64,000 bases of DNA from an uncultured archaeon (GCA_964458565.1 CAYWJO010000013.1:1-64000); one strand, 5' to 3'. Shown: positions 10,136 through 20,775, counted from the stretch's first letter. Numbers and translations: made by a program. The notes: generated by a model not told the origin, from the letters alone.

Positions 10136-10729
10136 TTACCTCTTTGGATCTCTTATAATCAGGTAGTAACAGAATCCTATAACTGGAATAGATGCTAAAA
10201 TTGCATACAAAAGGAACAATCCCGATGGTATCCCGAAATACGGACGAATAATTGTCAATAATATCTCAATTGAGAATGTACGCGTTCTGTATGTTTCGTC
10301 TTCGGTTGTGCTTATTTCTGCATATCCATACATTGTTTAGCCTTCATATACATCAAACGGTAGTTGCATATTGCTAGGAGGGTTTAGGCTAAAACCTGCT
10401 GTTCCATTAGCAGGTCGTTCTTGCGGATTGTAGTAGTACTGATATGCAAGGAGGAATGTAACATTATCCGGAGAGAGGAAGAGTTCTCTTTCCACCATTC
10501 GTTCTGTTCCATAGAGTGTATAGTTGAAACATATCGAAATAGATAAGGTTTCATCATAAAACTCGTTGCTTCCGACATATGTGTCCACATAGTCTAGCCA
10601 AATGCCAGACTCGCCTGCTTGTTTTGATGTAATAGAATTTGGATTTTGCATGGAACTATCGAAGGAGCAGAATGCAGCTATGACGATGAGGAATCCAACA
10701 ATCAAAATCCGTTTCATAGGCTCAATCAC
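10136..10729 (-). pseudogene. Paralog of 9532..10119 interrupted by an in-frame TAA
   Basis: ORFs 10337..10729 and 10136..10333 share a frame. PFDVYEG*TMYGYAE aligns with PFDIQEGQILYGYVE of the paralog. Confidence 0.8.
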
Positions 10730-11721
10730 ACTCCATCACACTTCTTCAATACTCGCAATGCACGTAAAGTAATCCACTTTGAAGGTTTGTTCTTTTCATC
10801 AAAATTACAATACATCTTTCCATTATACGTATTTTTTAGAAGCCACCTGCCAGATGTGTCTTGAGATTTTACTACTAGTTCTATTGACTCTTTCATCCTT
10901 TCATCTTTAACTCCTAGACTAGTCAGAATATCCAGAACCTCTAGCACATCTGATTGATAAAAAAGCGGAAATCCAAACTTTTTCCATCCTGCTTTTACCT
11001 TTCGTGTACCATCTGGGTTGCGGAGGTATTTGAATACTCCATTTTGTAGAATGTTCTCGATTTCTACATCAATTATTTTTTGGACATCAGGAGTCCTCTT
11101 ATCCTCTGGGATTGCAGCTAGTCCTCGAAGTGCCTTGACTGCTCCCATGAAACAATTAGTTGGGAATACAGCATCTGGGTTTATGGGAAACGCACGACAA
11201 TTCCATCCACCATCAGATGAGTGATAATCTATTTGAAATTGTAATAGTTTCTCAAATCGCGAGTCTTCCAGATATCCAAAATGGACTAGATAATACATTA
11301 TATTCCCATCTAGACAACAACCATCCTTGACTATACTATCTCTTCCTTTCTCTGTCTTTGGCATATTCATTAGAAAGTGACCCGAGTTTCTCTGAAACTT
11401 GAAGAGATGCTCTATTGCTTTTTTAATCTCAGGAACCGGACTTGATCCTAATTCAGCTAGTAATAGTAGATTATGAGTTGTTGCTTGGTATTTTGGTTCA
11501 TACATATTGCCAGAACTTAACCAGTAGCCTTCTGGATTTAGTGCGTCAAGGATAGTTCTAACGCACTCAGAATTCATGATTTGTGACTGTGTTTGTACAA
11601 CTTCCTTATCCCGTGCATGTTTGTCTTGAAGATGCTGTAAGGTCCAAAATCTCACACTCGGATTCTCAGTTTCAAGAAGCCACTTCAATACATCATCTCT
11701 GAAATAATTCTCCCAACTCAT
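10726..11721 (-). CDS. Alpha/alpha-barrel protein (prenyltransferase/squalene-cyclase repeat-like)
   Basis: LKWLLETENPSVR, DGGWNC, FGFPLFYQSDVLEVL, SQDTSGRW, SKWITLRAL. Confidence 0.75.
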   Translation of the reverse strand: MSWENYFRDDVLKWLLETENPSVRFWTLQHLQDKHARDKEVVQTQSQIMNSECVRTILDALNPEGYWLSSGNMYEPKYQATTHNLLLLAELGSSPVPEIKKAIEHLFKFQRNSGHFLMNMPKTEKGRDSIVKDGCCLDGNIMYYLVHFGYLEDSRFEKLLQFQIDYHSSDGGWNCRAFPINPDAVFPTNCFMGAVKALRGLAAIPEDKRTPDVQKIIDVEIENILQNGVFKYLRNPDGTRKVKAGWKKFGFPLFYQSDVLEVLDILTSLGVKDERMKESIELVVKSQDTSGRWLLKNTYNGKMYCNFDEKNKPSKWITLRALRVLKKCDGV

Positions 11722-11833
11722 CTAGAATACCTCGACATTGAAGTATTTGTGTCATACACGGTTTAACTTTTCCGTCGTTTCATGGGATCTATTGGTTGAA
11801 ATGGCGTAGAGGTTGGAATTCCTCAATGGGTCA

Positions 11834-13153
11834 TTATAAGTCAAAACCTGTTTTTCCTGAACCCCAAGACTCCATTGCTGCTCTGAGTTCTTCATGACCA
11901 TCTTCTTTTGCATACCTGCTAACAGGTATTCCCTCCATTTTAGCATCAATCGCCTGTCTGAACGCAATTGCTCCTGCTCTTGGACCCATTGGATGCGCAT
12001 GAATACCAGCACCAGTTCCGATTACAATATCCGGACCAAGGTCGTTTATGACATCCTCGACATGTCCCGGACTTATTCCACCACTTGGCATTGGTGCAGT
12101 CTGTTCTATATGATGTAAGGGCATGACCATATCATGTGCCATATGCAAGAATCTCTCTCTCAAGATTGGTGCTTTTCCATAAGGTGCAGGAAATACAGTA
12201 ATGTCAGAGCCACAAATCCGTGGTAGTTTACCTATCACCAAATTAGTACCAATTCCTGTAATCGGTGAATATGACATAGCACCAGTGATATCCATATGTG
12301 CTAGAATTGGAACATTGATCGAAGGATCTTCGCAAACTGCACGGAATGCTGAATATCCTACTGCTAGGAAATTGATCATCAAACCATTTGCACCAAGTTC
12401 CATTGCTCGATCTGCAAGTTCGAACATTTTCGGAACTTCATCTGTGATGTTGATTGTAAATAGGGTCTTTTCCCCCTTTTCTGCGTCTGCTCTATCAATA
12501 GATTCCATGAATAATGGTAATCTTTCTTCAACGGTGTTAAAACAGGCGTTTGCAAGGAGTTCATCGTCCTTGATGATGTCTGCTCCCCCCACTGCTGCTT
12601 CGTAACAAAGTTCAGCCCCCATTTTCGCAGAAGTGTATACACATGGTTTGATCATATTATTCACAAAAGGTCGTTTCTTGATGTTGAGCAGTTTCCTCAA
12701 TCCCTTAATACCAAATTTTGGTCCCTTGAATCCTTTCAACCACGATTTGGGAAACCTCATATCGAGACACTTAATCCGACCTCCTAATGCAATATTTCCA
12801 ATTACAGTGCTCATCATCATAGGTATCTGCTGTCCAAAATTTTCCCATGGAAATGCTACTTGAATTATGTATTGTCTTCGCTCAATATCTTTTGGGATGC
12901 TATATTCATACTGAGGAACCTCGTAGAGACCAATCACCTTGGCCACGTGCCTTTTTCTAATCTCAGCAGTTTCACCTGGGACTAATGTCCATGTGCCAGT
13001 ACTCTGCTCTACTGCTGCCGCTTGAGCAACTTCTCTTGCATCAAACATTGGCGGAAGTCCGACATAGTATGTTCCAATCACATATTTCTCCATATCAATG
13101 GAGTCTGGTAGTGCATCTGGTAACGCATCGAGAGGCATTTTATTCATCATCAA
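11834..13153 (-). CDS. RuBisCO-like protein (form IV, RLP)
   Basis: EQSTGTW, FKGPKFG, MIKP, GGADIIKDDE, PSGG, GAGIHAHP. Several RuBP-binding residues appear substituted (K177 to C, R295 to M, H327 absent). Confidence 0.9.
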   Translation of the reverse strand: MMMNKMPLDALPDALPDSIDMEKYVIGTYYVGLPPMFDAREVAQAAAVEQSTGTWTLVPGETAEIRKRHVAKVIGLYEVPQYEYSIPKDIERRQYIIQVAFPWENFGQQIPMMMSTVIGNIALGGRIKCLDMRFPKSWLKGFKGPKFGIKGLRKLLNIKKRPFVNNMIKPCVYTSAKMGAELCYEAAVGGADIIKDDELLANACFNTVEERLPLFMESIDRADAEKGEKTLFTINITDEVPKMFELADRAMELGANGLMINFLAVGYSAFRAVCEDPSINVPILAHMDITGAMSYSPITGIGTNLVIGKLPRICGSDITVFPAPYGKAPILRERFLHMAHDMVMPLHHIEQTAPMPSGGISPGHVEDVINDLGPDIVIGTGAGIHAHPMGPRAGAIAFRQAIDAKMEGIPVSRYAKEDGHEELRAAMESWGSGKTGFDL

Positions 13154-13285
13154 TCAACTCGTAAGATTAGAATACATCCTATCTTATGTTCTTTTGGAGC
13201 TAAGAATGAAGTGGGATGTGAATCGATATTCCTTTATGCTAGTGGGTTAAAACTCTCCATACTTGGTCATTGGTAGGTTTACAAT

Positions 13286-14887
13286 TTGATACAAATCACT
13301 GAATTAGCAAATCGAGCTGGAATCTCAGAAGATTATCTCGAGCTCTATGGGAAGTATATTGCAAAAATTAACCTAAATATTAGAAAGACTTTGGGGGAAC
13401 GAAAGGGCAAATTGATACTTGTTACTGCAACAACCCCTACCCCTGCTGGAGAAGGAAAGACAACAAACTCTATTGGTTTATCAATGGCCTTGAATGCATT
13501 GGGTCATAATTCTGTTGTCACACTGCGAGAACCCTCTTTAGGACCTGTCTTCGGAGTGAAAGGAGGTGCAGCAGGTGGAGGTAAATCTCGAGTTGAACCT
13601 TTTGAAAATATCAATCTTCTCTTCACTTCAGATTTTCCAGCTGTATCGGCAGCGCATAATCTTCTATCCGCTATGCTTGACAATTATGTCCACCACGAGA
13701 AGGAGCCAGAGATTGATATTCGTAGAGTATATTGGCCACGAAATCTGGACATGAATGATAGGGCTCTAAGAAAAGTGATTGTTGGACTTGGAGGTCGTTG
13801 GGATGGCTTTCCCCGTGAGGACTCCTTTGTAATTACAGCTGCTTCGGAAGTCATGTCTATTCTCGGTCTGGCAAAGAATTATACAGATCTCAAGACACGT
13901 TTGGGAAACATCCTGATAGCTCGAACCACACGTCTTAAAGAAATGTTCGCCAGGGATTTGAGGGCTGAAGGCGCGATGACTACTCTATTACGAGATGCTC
14001 TTAAACCCAATTTTGTGCAGACTACTGAAGGTACACCCGCCTTTGTCCATACTGGTCCTTTTGCAAATATAGCTCATGGCACAAGTTCTTTGATTGCTAC
14101 AGACTTGGCTCTCCGTCTTTTTGATTATGTTGTTATTGAAGCTGGCTTTGGAGCTGATCTTGGAGCTGAGAAATTCTTCAATATTGTAACACGCGCAGGC
14201 GACTTCAATGTAGATGCAGTAGTTGTGATTACAACTATTCGTGCATTGAAATATCATGGATATGGCAAATTGGAGGATGGGTTCGTCAACTTGGAGGCTC
14301 ATATGAGGAACATTCATAATTTTGGTGTTCCTGCTGTTATAGCTTTGAACAGATTTCCTGACGATACTGATGAAGAAATCAACACCCTCCGGGATTTCTG
14401 CAAGGAAAAGGGTTGGGAAATGGAAGTATCCGAGGTATTTGCTAAAGGAAGTAAGGGTGGAAAAGTTCTTGCAGGAACTGTTATTGAGACCATTCAGAAT
14501 AGCAAAAACACAGGGATAAAATATACCTATGACTTGGAGGATGATTTAGAGACTAAAATCCACAAAGTAGCAACTCAAATCTATGGATCTACAGATGTGG
14601 TTTATACAACTGGCGCAACTGGCAGAATTCGTTCACTTGAAAAGAGAGGATATGGTAATCTTCCAATATGCATTGCGAAGACACAATTTAGTCTCAGTGA
14701 CAATAAGGGACTGAGAGGTAGACCCTGTGAAGACGTTGCCGAAGTTATGGGGGCTGATGTTAGTTACGGTGCAGGTTTTGTGGTTATATACATGGGTGAG
14801 ATCAACCTGATGCCTGGTCTGCCCGAAGAGCCTAATGCAATGGAGATGGATGTAGATGAGGATGGTAACATCTCGGGAGTTTTCTAA
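13286..14887 (+). CDS. fhs: Formate--tetrahydrofolate ligase
   Basis: TPTPAGEGKTT, LREPSLGP, KGGAAGGG, GPFANIAHG, EAGFGADLGAEKF, AKTQFSLSD, MPGLP. Confidence 0.97.
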   Translation: MIQITELANRAGISEDYLELYGKYIAKINLNIRKTLGERKGKLILVTATTPTPAGEGKTTNSIGLSMALNALGHNSVVTLREPSLGPVFGVKGGAAGGGKSRVEPFENINLLFTSDFPAVSAAHNLLSAMLDNYVHHEKEPEIDIRRVYWPRNLDMNDRALRKVIVGLGGRWDGFPREDSFVITAASEVMSILGLAKNYTDLKTRLGNILIARTTRLKEMFARDLRAEGAMTTLLRDALKPNFVQTTEGTPAFVHTGPFANIAHGTSSLIATDLALRLFDYVVIEAGFGADLGAEKFFNIVTRAGDFNVDAVVVITTIRALKYHGYGKLEDGFVNLEAHMRNIHNFGVPAVIALNRFPDDTDEEINTLRDFCKEKGWEMEVSEVFAKGSKGGKVLAGTVIETIQNSKNTGIKYTYDLEDDLETKIHKVATQIYGSTDVVYTTGATGRIRSLEKRGYGNLPICIAKTQFSLSDNKGLRGRPCEDVAEVMGADVSYGAGFVVIYMGEINLMPGLPEEPNAMEMDVDEDGNISGVF

Positions 14888-14905
14888 TGGTAGGAGTTTT
14901 ATAAT

Positions 14906-15784
14906 TTGACTGAAGATAATTCTAAACCAATCTGTGAAGATCACGTCATTGATGGACGAAAACTCTCGAAGATAATCCGTGAACAAATCACCGCAGAAGT
15001 CGATACGCTCTCAAAGAAATACGGTGTCGCTCCAAAGCTGGTTACAATCTTAGTAGGTGAGGATTCTGGATCTCAGATGTATGTTCGTATGAAACACAAA
15101 GCATCCAATAAAGCAGGTATTCTCTCTGAACATCACGACTTGTCTGAAGACATCTCCCAAGAAGAACTTCTAGGACTAATACAGAAATTGAATGCGGATT
15201 CAACAGCGCATGGAATTCTTGTTCAACTTCCCTTACCCAAGCAAATTGATGAAAAAACTATCATAAGCACGATATCTCCATTGAAAGACGTTGACGGCTT
15301 TTCTCCCACCAATGTCTATCGATTATTCTATGGCGGTGAAGAACTCAGTGCGGCAACACCTCACGGTATTGTCACTATGTTAGATGCACTTGAAATAGAT
15401 CTCACCGGAATGCATGCCGTCATCATAAATCGATCTACTATTGTTGGTAAACCCCTAATCATGTTACTTCTCAACCGAAATTGTACTGTTACTGTATGCC
15501 ATTCACGTACTAGGGACATATCTAAATTCACACTTGATGCGGACATCTTAGTAACTGCAATCGGTCGTAGACAAACTGAGGATGATGCATTTTACATCAC
15601 AGCTGATATGGTCAAAAAAGGAGCTATTATCATAGATGTTGCTACACCGCATGGAGATGTCGATTTCGAAGCAGTGAAGGAAAAGGTGATGTGTATCACT
15701 CCCGTACCAGGTGGGGTTGGGCCAATGACAATCACTATGCTGTTAAGGAATGTATTAGATGCATACAAGGCACAGGTGTCATAA
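14906..15784 (+). CDS. folD: Methylenetetrahydrofolate dehydrogenase/cyclohydrolase
   Basis: YVRMK, GILVQLPLP, KDVDG, RSTIVGKP, PVPGGVGPMT. Confidence 0.97.
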   Translation: MTEDNSKPICEDHVIDGRKLSKIIREQITAEVDTLSKKYGVAPKLVTILVGEDSGSQMYVRMKHKASNKAGILSEHHDLSEDISQEELLGLIQKLNADSTAHGILVQLPLPKQIDEKTIISTISPLKDVDGFSPTNVYRLFYGGEELSAATPHGIVTMLDALEIDLTGMHAVIINRSTIVGKPLIMLLLNRNCTVTVCHSRTRDISKFTLDADILVTAIGRRQTEDDAFYITADMVKKGAIIIDVATPHGDVDFEAVKEKVMCITPVPGGVGPMTITMLLRNVLDAYKAQVS

Positions 15785-15803
15785 CTATCCTAGTGCATCC
15801 AAA

Positions 15804-16037
15804 ATGGAAGAAGAACCTCGTATTGCTCTTGCTAAAGATTACAGTCTATCATGCAGTGATACCTGTTGTTTTTGGCTTATCGCATTCTTTTCAATTCTCA
15901 TGGTTGCATTTGCGTTTTTAGGTCGCATTGAACCACTCCTCTTGATTCTTGAGATGACCGCGATGGGTGGAGCAGTGCTCGTTCTAGCAATGAAAATCAT
16001 ACGAAACTCCCCACTAAGACGCATACCAGGTGAGTAA
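15804..16037 (+). CDS. Small two-TM membrane protein
   Basis: ATG 19 nt after the folD stop, two hydrophobic helices, basic tail. Confidence 0.6.
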   Translation: MEEEPRIALAKDYSLSCSDTCCFWLIAFFSILMVAFAFLGRIEPLLLILEMTAMGGAVLVLAMKIIRNSPLRRIPGE

Positions 16038-16105
16038 TCGTGATATAGTGTCCTTGCCCAAACCCTTTTTTGCATAGTAATACGGAACCCGCCTTGGTGA
16101 CTCAC

Positions 16106-17668
16106 ATGAAGATTGTTGAGTGCGTGCCCAACTTTTCCGAGGGACGTCGAAAGGATGTCATTGATGCCCTAGCTGAAGCCATCAAAAGTGTAGAAGGTAT
16201 CAGATTACTAGATGTTGAATTTGATCCAGATCACAATAGGTCTGTGTTTACATTCATCGGGGAACCACAGAAGGTTAAAGAAGCTGCCTTAAAGGCTGCA
16301 GAGCTAGCTGTTGACCTGATTGATCTCACAAAACACAAAGGGCAACATCCTAGAATGGGTGCTGTTGATGTGGTTCCATTCATCCCTCTACATGGAACAA
16401 CAATTGGTGAATGTATTGAACTGTCCAAGCAATTCGCTGACGAATTCGCAAACGGTAAGAAGGTGCCAGTCTATCTGTACGCAAAGTCCGCTACAAGACC
16501 TGAACGTGTAGACTTACCAAATATCCGAGAGGGTGAATTCGAAGGTCTCAAGGAACAGATTGGTGTCGACCCTGCGAAGACTCCTGATTTTGGTCCGGAA
16601 ACAATTCATCCAACAGCTGGAGCAACTGCTACAGGGGCACGTAATTTCCTAATTGCAATTAACTTCAACCTCAGTACGACCGATGTGAAAGTGGCAAAAG
16701 TGTGCGCTGATGCTGTTAGGGCGACTACTGGCGGATTTGTGAATGTTCAAGGAATTGGGCTCGAACTTCCAGATAAGAACTGCGCTCAGGTATCTCTCAA
16801 TCTGACACACCCGAGGAGAACCAAAATACATCAGGTCCTAGAGGTAGTCAAGAACGAGGCACGACGATTTGGAGCTACCGTTATTGAGACCGAGATTGTA
16901 GGCATGGTTCCATTATTCGCGCTCCTTGATGCTCTCAAATACTATTTACAACCTGAGAAACTCGACGAGAGTATGATCCTTGACCTGTACTATTTAGGTG
17001 GTGCAGAGGATCCAACTGAGAAGACATTCACAGAGATGTCTGTTCTTGAGTTTGGAGATCAGATTCGGAGAGCACGAGCCACACCTGGTGGTGGAAGTGT
17101 AGCAGCTGCGTTGGGCTCTTATGGTGCAGCTTTAATCTGCATGGTAACAGGTCTCTCACTCTCGGGACGTCGCTTTGCTGCAATTAAAGATGAGATGGTT
17201 GGGCTTCGCCATGCCTGCGAAAACGATAGAGGAATCCTCATGGATTTAATTGAACGTGATTCCACTGCATTTGATGAAGTTATGGCTCTTTTCAAATTAC
17301 CTGAAGAAACTGACGCAGAGAAGAAGACGAAAGACGAAGCAATTGAGATTGCGACGATAAAAGCAGCATCCGTTCCATTAGAAACAATGCGCTATTCATT
17401 CAATGCACTGACTCATGCAAGACCTGCAGCTGAGAAGGGCAATGCCAATACGATAACAGACGCTGGCGTTGCAACACATGCATTAATGGCTGCTATGGAG
17501 GGTGCGGCTCTTAATGTTCGAATCAATCTTGGCAATATAAAATCAAAAAGTTTCGTTGAGACGACTGCTGCAGAGGTTGATACTCTACTCAAAGATGGGA
17601 GAAAACTCAAAGAGGAAATCCTTGAAATTGTCGAACGAAGAATGAAAGAGATTGCTAGCAAAGACTGA
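16106..17668 (+). CDS. ftcd: Bifunctional glutamate formimidoyltransferase / formiminotetrahydrofolate cyclodeaminase
   Basis: ECVPNFSEGR, DHNRSV, HPRMGAVDVVPF, plus cyclodeaminase PGGGSVAA and NVRINL. GGTGA RBS before ATG 16106. Confidence 0.95.
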   Translation: MKIVECVPNFSEGRRKDVIDALAEAIKSVEGIRLLDVEFDPDHNRSVFTFIGEPQKVKEAALKAAELAVDLIDLTKHKGQHPRMGAVDVVPFIPLHGTTIGECIELSKQFADEFANGKKVPVYLYAKSATRPERVDLPNIREGEFEGLKEQIGVDPAKTPDFGPETIHPTAGATATGARNFLIAINFNLSTTDVKVAKVCADAVRATTGGFVNVQGIGLELPDKNCAQVSLNLTHPRRTKIHQVLEVVKNEARRFGATVIETEIVGMVPLFALLDALKYYLQPEKLDESMILDLYYLGGAEDPTEKTFTEMSVLEFGDQIRRARATPGGGSVAAALGSYGAALICMVTGLSLSGRRFAAIKDEMVGLRHACENDRGILMDLIERDSTAFDEVMALFKLPEETDAEKKTKDEAIEIATIKAASVPLETMRYSFNALTHARPAAEKGNANTITDAGVATHALMAAMEGAALNVRINLGNIKSKSFVETTAAEVDTLLKDGRKLKEEILEIVERRMKEIASKD

Positions 17669-17669
17669 T

Positions 17670-18749
17670 TCACTTTTTGATTTCAGATAGAGTTGCTCTT
17701 CTTCCCCTATCCACAATATATGCTGTCCCACCAGCACGGACTATTGCTGATGCCACTTCTCTCTCCCAGCCATTGCAATAAGCCATCATCGTACCTCCCC
17801 TACCGCTTCCATTGATCTTGCACCCCAAGGCTCCCCCTTGATATGCGGCCTCAATCATTCTCTCAATCTTGGGAGTTGACCTGTTTAGCCCGTCTCTGAG
17901 AATTTCGTGATGCTCCTTCAAAGCCGCTCCTACCTGCTTGGGGTCTATCTTTTCCTTGCTTAACAGATTATGTGCACGACTAGTGAGATCTCTGATCCTT
18001 AGTGTTGCTTCAGCCATTTTCCTATTCTTATCCGGTCTGTTTCTCTGAAGACTATACACCTCATTGAGTGGTGTAGTTCTCCTATCAAAGGATTTGATTT
18101 TCCATGATATCTTTTGATACTCCGCCTCTACAGTGGTCTTGATATATCTAATATCTCCCACAGTGTCTTCCTTTTTCTCACCTGAATCGCCAATGACTAA
18201 TTTTCCTAATTTTGCTGGGAGTTTCGTCACCCGATAATCGTTTCCCAAATCCAAGTGTATAATACCGCCATATGCTGACGCAAAGTGGTCTTGCATACCC
18301 CCACTTTCTCCAAATTCAACTACTTCCACTTTGTGTGCCATTCTAACTAATTGCTCTCTCGAGAGTTGCTTACCTGCGGCATATGCAGCCGTCATGACTG
18401 CTGCTATAGATAATGCGGATGAGCTTGAGAGCCCGCCTGCAATTGGTATATCCCCCTTAACTATCAAATCAAATCCACAATTTATTCGGATCCCTTCTCT
18501 AGCAATTACATTGAAGGCGCTTCGCATGTAGTCTCGATTATTTCTGTATTGAATTAGTTTCTTCAGCGTGAATTCATCTGTTTCATTCAGATCTTGATAG
18601 TCCACAGTGACAATAGAATCATCTCTGGGATGTGCTATTATCTCGATATTCAGGTCGATGGCTGCTGGAATCACATCTAACCCTATGTAATCACTATGCT
18701 CCCCGAAGAGACAGATTCGCCCCGGAGCACGAACATGGAATGGTTTCAT
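17670..18749 (-). CDS. GHMP-family sugar kinase (galactokinase-like)
   Basis: APGRICLFGEHSDY, PIAGGLSSSSA, GGMQD, KINGSGRGG. Confidence 0.88.
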   Translation of the reverse strand: MKPFHVRAPGRICLFGEHSDYIGLDVIPAAIDLNIEIIAHPRDDSIVTVDYQDLNETDEFTLKKLIQYRNNRDYMRSAFNVIAREGIRINCGFDLIVKGDIPIAGGLSSSSALSIAAVMTAAYAAGKQLSREQLVRMAHKVEVVEFGESGGMQDHFASAYGGIIHLDLGNDYRVTKLPAKLGKLVIGDSGEKKEDTVGDIRYIKTTVEAEYQKISWKIKSFDRRTTPLNEVYSLQRNRPDKNRKMAEATLRIRDLTSRAHNLLSKEKIDPKQVGAALKEHHEILRDGLNRSTPKIERMIEAAYQGGALGCKINGSGRGGTMMAYCNGWEREVASAIVRAGGTAYIVDRGRRATLSEIKK

Positions 18750-18806
18750 CACACACACCTGAATTGAGGAATCACATGAATAAACCCTACTCTGCGTGTT
18801 AAGTTG

Positions 18807-19904
18807 TTATTTGTCACCAATTGCCATCTTGATTGCAGTGTTGAGGTCTTCTGGTGTGATGCCTGGTGATTCAACAGGAATCTCTCTATACAATTCTTGC
18901 AGTTTTTGGAGTAAATCATTTCCAGTTGTCTTCGTTCCAATCAGACCCTTTTCTAATTTGGTTATTGCATCATATGGTAGCATGAAATAGTCACCACTAA
19001 TGATAATCTCATTGAGTCGATCCTCTACATCTTCTATCGTGATTCGTATTAGCCCACCGACTGCCTTGTAATTCGAAGTTCCTATTGTACTTGTAGCTGA
19101 CAATCTCACAACACGTGCGTCAAGTCGACCTCCACTTCTCCAGTGAAGCCATTCATCGGAGAGGTATTTGGGCTCTAACTCTCGCATTCTATCCTTTTCC
19201 CATTTTGTTAGTTCTCCCCGTTCGAACTCAACATCCATAGCCCTTCTAAATTGATTCAGGAGGTCCATTTTGACTTCTTCACGATCTGGGAGTTCACCTT
19301 TCTCGAGAAGAATTGTTGACATTCTCTGTCTGAGACCCTGTGCAACTTTGTCTCTGAACTTCTCATCCGGTACCTTAAGCACTCTCACCATCATGTCGAA
19401 ATTGAAGTCGAAGATTATATTCCCAGTTAAGATTCTCGCATCACCGACATCTCCCGCACCATTTCCAGAAATTTTCTTCCCGGCCAATGTCTGAATATCA
19501 TTCACAGGTCTGAAGTACGCATCGATTCCAAGATTCCGATAAGCCTGTACAGGTGCATCTAGGAATTTCTTGTAATATGCATCAATGCTCTTTGGTGTTG
19601 TCGGACTATCAATTCTTCCTATTAACTGATAGAACATCTGTCCCTCATCGAGGTATACGCCCCCGCCACCAATTACACGACGAGTTACGAAAATATCATT
19701 ATTTCGACAGAACTCCAAGTCTATATCCTTCTCAATTTCCTGGAAGTAACCAAGACTCACTAATGGCTTCGCAGGCCAACAGATAATTAGTGTATTCTCT
19801 GATTCTCCCTCAGTGATTCCTTGGGCAATCATATCGTATATCATCTGGGTTTCGAGAGGTGGTATTGGTCCAAGGTCCAATAATCTCCATGTTTCTAGAG
19901 GCAT
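18807..19904 (-). CDS. lplA: Lipoate--protein ligase A
   Basis: RRVIGGGGVYLD, NDI, KKISGNG, and a C-terminal LplA domain (GGLIR...ISGDYF). Confidence 0.9.
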   Translation of the reverse strand: MPLETWRLLDLGPIPPLETQMIYDMIAQGITEGESENTLIICWPAKPLVSLGYFQEIEKDIDLEFCRNNDIFVTRRVIGGGGVYLDEGQMFYQLIGRIDSPTTPKSIDAYYKKFLDAPVQAYRNLGIDAYFRPVNDIQTLAGKKISGNGAGDVGDARILTGNIIFDFNFDMMVRVLKVPDEKFRDKVAQGLRQRMSTILLEKGELPDREEVKMDLLNQFRRAMDVEFERGELTKWEKDRMRELEPKYLSDEWLHWRSGGRLDARVVRLSATSTIGTSNYKAVGGLIRITIEDVEDRLNEIIISGDYFMLPYDAITKLEKGLIGTKTTGNDLLQKLQELYREIPVESPGITPEDLNTAIKMAIGDK

Positions 19905-20001
19905 AACTTGGGGCCTATTAGAACTCGTAATAAGGATAACTACTGCTGGGCATCAAAGCTCCACGATGCTAAGGATTAAATCATTACATCATTCGGTTCA
20001 T

Positions 20002-20775
20002 GTGATTTCATTGATTCAAGCTAGAGAACTCACAAGAAGGTTCAGCGCTTTTACCGCAGTTGACAAACTCACCTTTGATGCACCCTCTGGAGAGATTTAT
20101 GGGCTCCTCGGTCCAAATGGATCAGGCAAATCCACGACTATGCGAATGCTTCTCGGTCTGCTCAAACCCTCCTCCGGAACTGCAAGAATTTGGGGGTATG
20201 ATATTCAGAAGGATTCTATAGAAGCAAAAAGACTCATAGGCTTCGTTCCTGAGGAAGCCATCCTGCCTGAATCACTGACTGGCTGGGAGTATATCAATTA
20301 TGTCAGTGATATCTGGCGTATTCCTCGTGGACCCGAGCGTGATGGTGAGGTTGATGAACTTCTTGAGCTTCTTGATATTAAAGATGCCAGTGATGATTTG
20401 ATTGAAACTTACTCAAAAGGGATGTCCAGAAAGATTTCGCTCGTTGCAGCACTTATTCACAAACCTAGGGTCCTGATTTTAGATGAGATGCAAGCTGGAA
20501 TTGATCCAAAGGGGGCTGCAACAATTAAGGAGATTATAACGGGGTTGTGTGCACGTGGTGTTGCAGTCTTGATGTCTACTCATGTGCTTGAAATTGCTGA
20601 ATCAATGTGTGATAAAATTGGAATAATCAATGAAGGAAAGCTGGTTGCAGAAGGCACAATGAACGAACTCCGTAAACAAGCCAAGGGCGAATCCTCTCTG
20701 GAGGAGATTTTCCTCGATCTTACTGGTGGTCCAGATATGAAACGGATTGCTGAGTTTTTGGGTGAGATTAATTGA
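20002..20775 (+). CDS. ABC transporter ATP-binding subunit (ABC-2 exporter type)
   Basis: GPNGSGKST, YSKGM signature, ILDE, STH. The track start at 19813 overlaps the divergent lplA, so GTG 20002 or TTG 20011 is likelier. Confidence 0.93.
   Translation: MISLIQARELTRRFSAFTAVDKLTFDAPSGEIYGLLGPNGSGKSTTMRMLLGLLKPSSGTARIWGYDIQKDSIEAKRLIGFVPEEAILPESLTGWEYINYVSDIWRIPRGPERDGEVDELLELLDIKDASDDLIETYSKGMSRKISLVAALIHKPRVLILDEMQAGIDPKGAATIKEIITGLCARGVAVLMSTHVLEIAESMCDKIGIINEGKLVAEGTMNELRKQAKGESSLEEIFLDLTGGPDMKRIAEFLGEIN

Noticed and set aside
10337-10339. Possible selenocysteine or pyrrolysine recoding at the internal stop
   Set aside because: The stop is TAA and aligns with Gln.
11834-13153. True CO2-fixing RuBisCO
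   Set aside because: Several RuBP-binding residues appear substituted, which fits form IV.
13162-13186. TAAGAT...ATCTTA inverted repeat in the RLP/fhs gap as another Lrp site
   Set aside because: The half-site spacing is 15 nt rather than 5, and a 6-bp AT-rich repeat can arise by chance.
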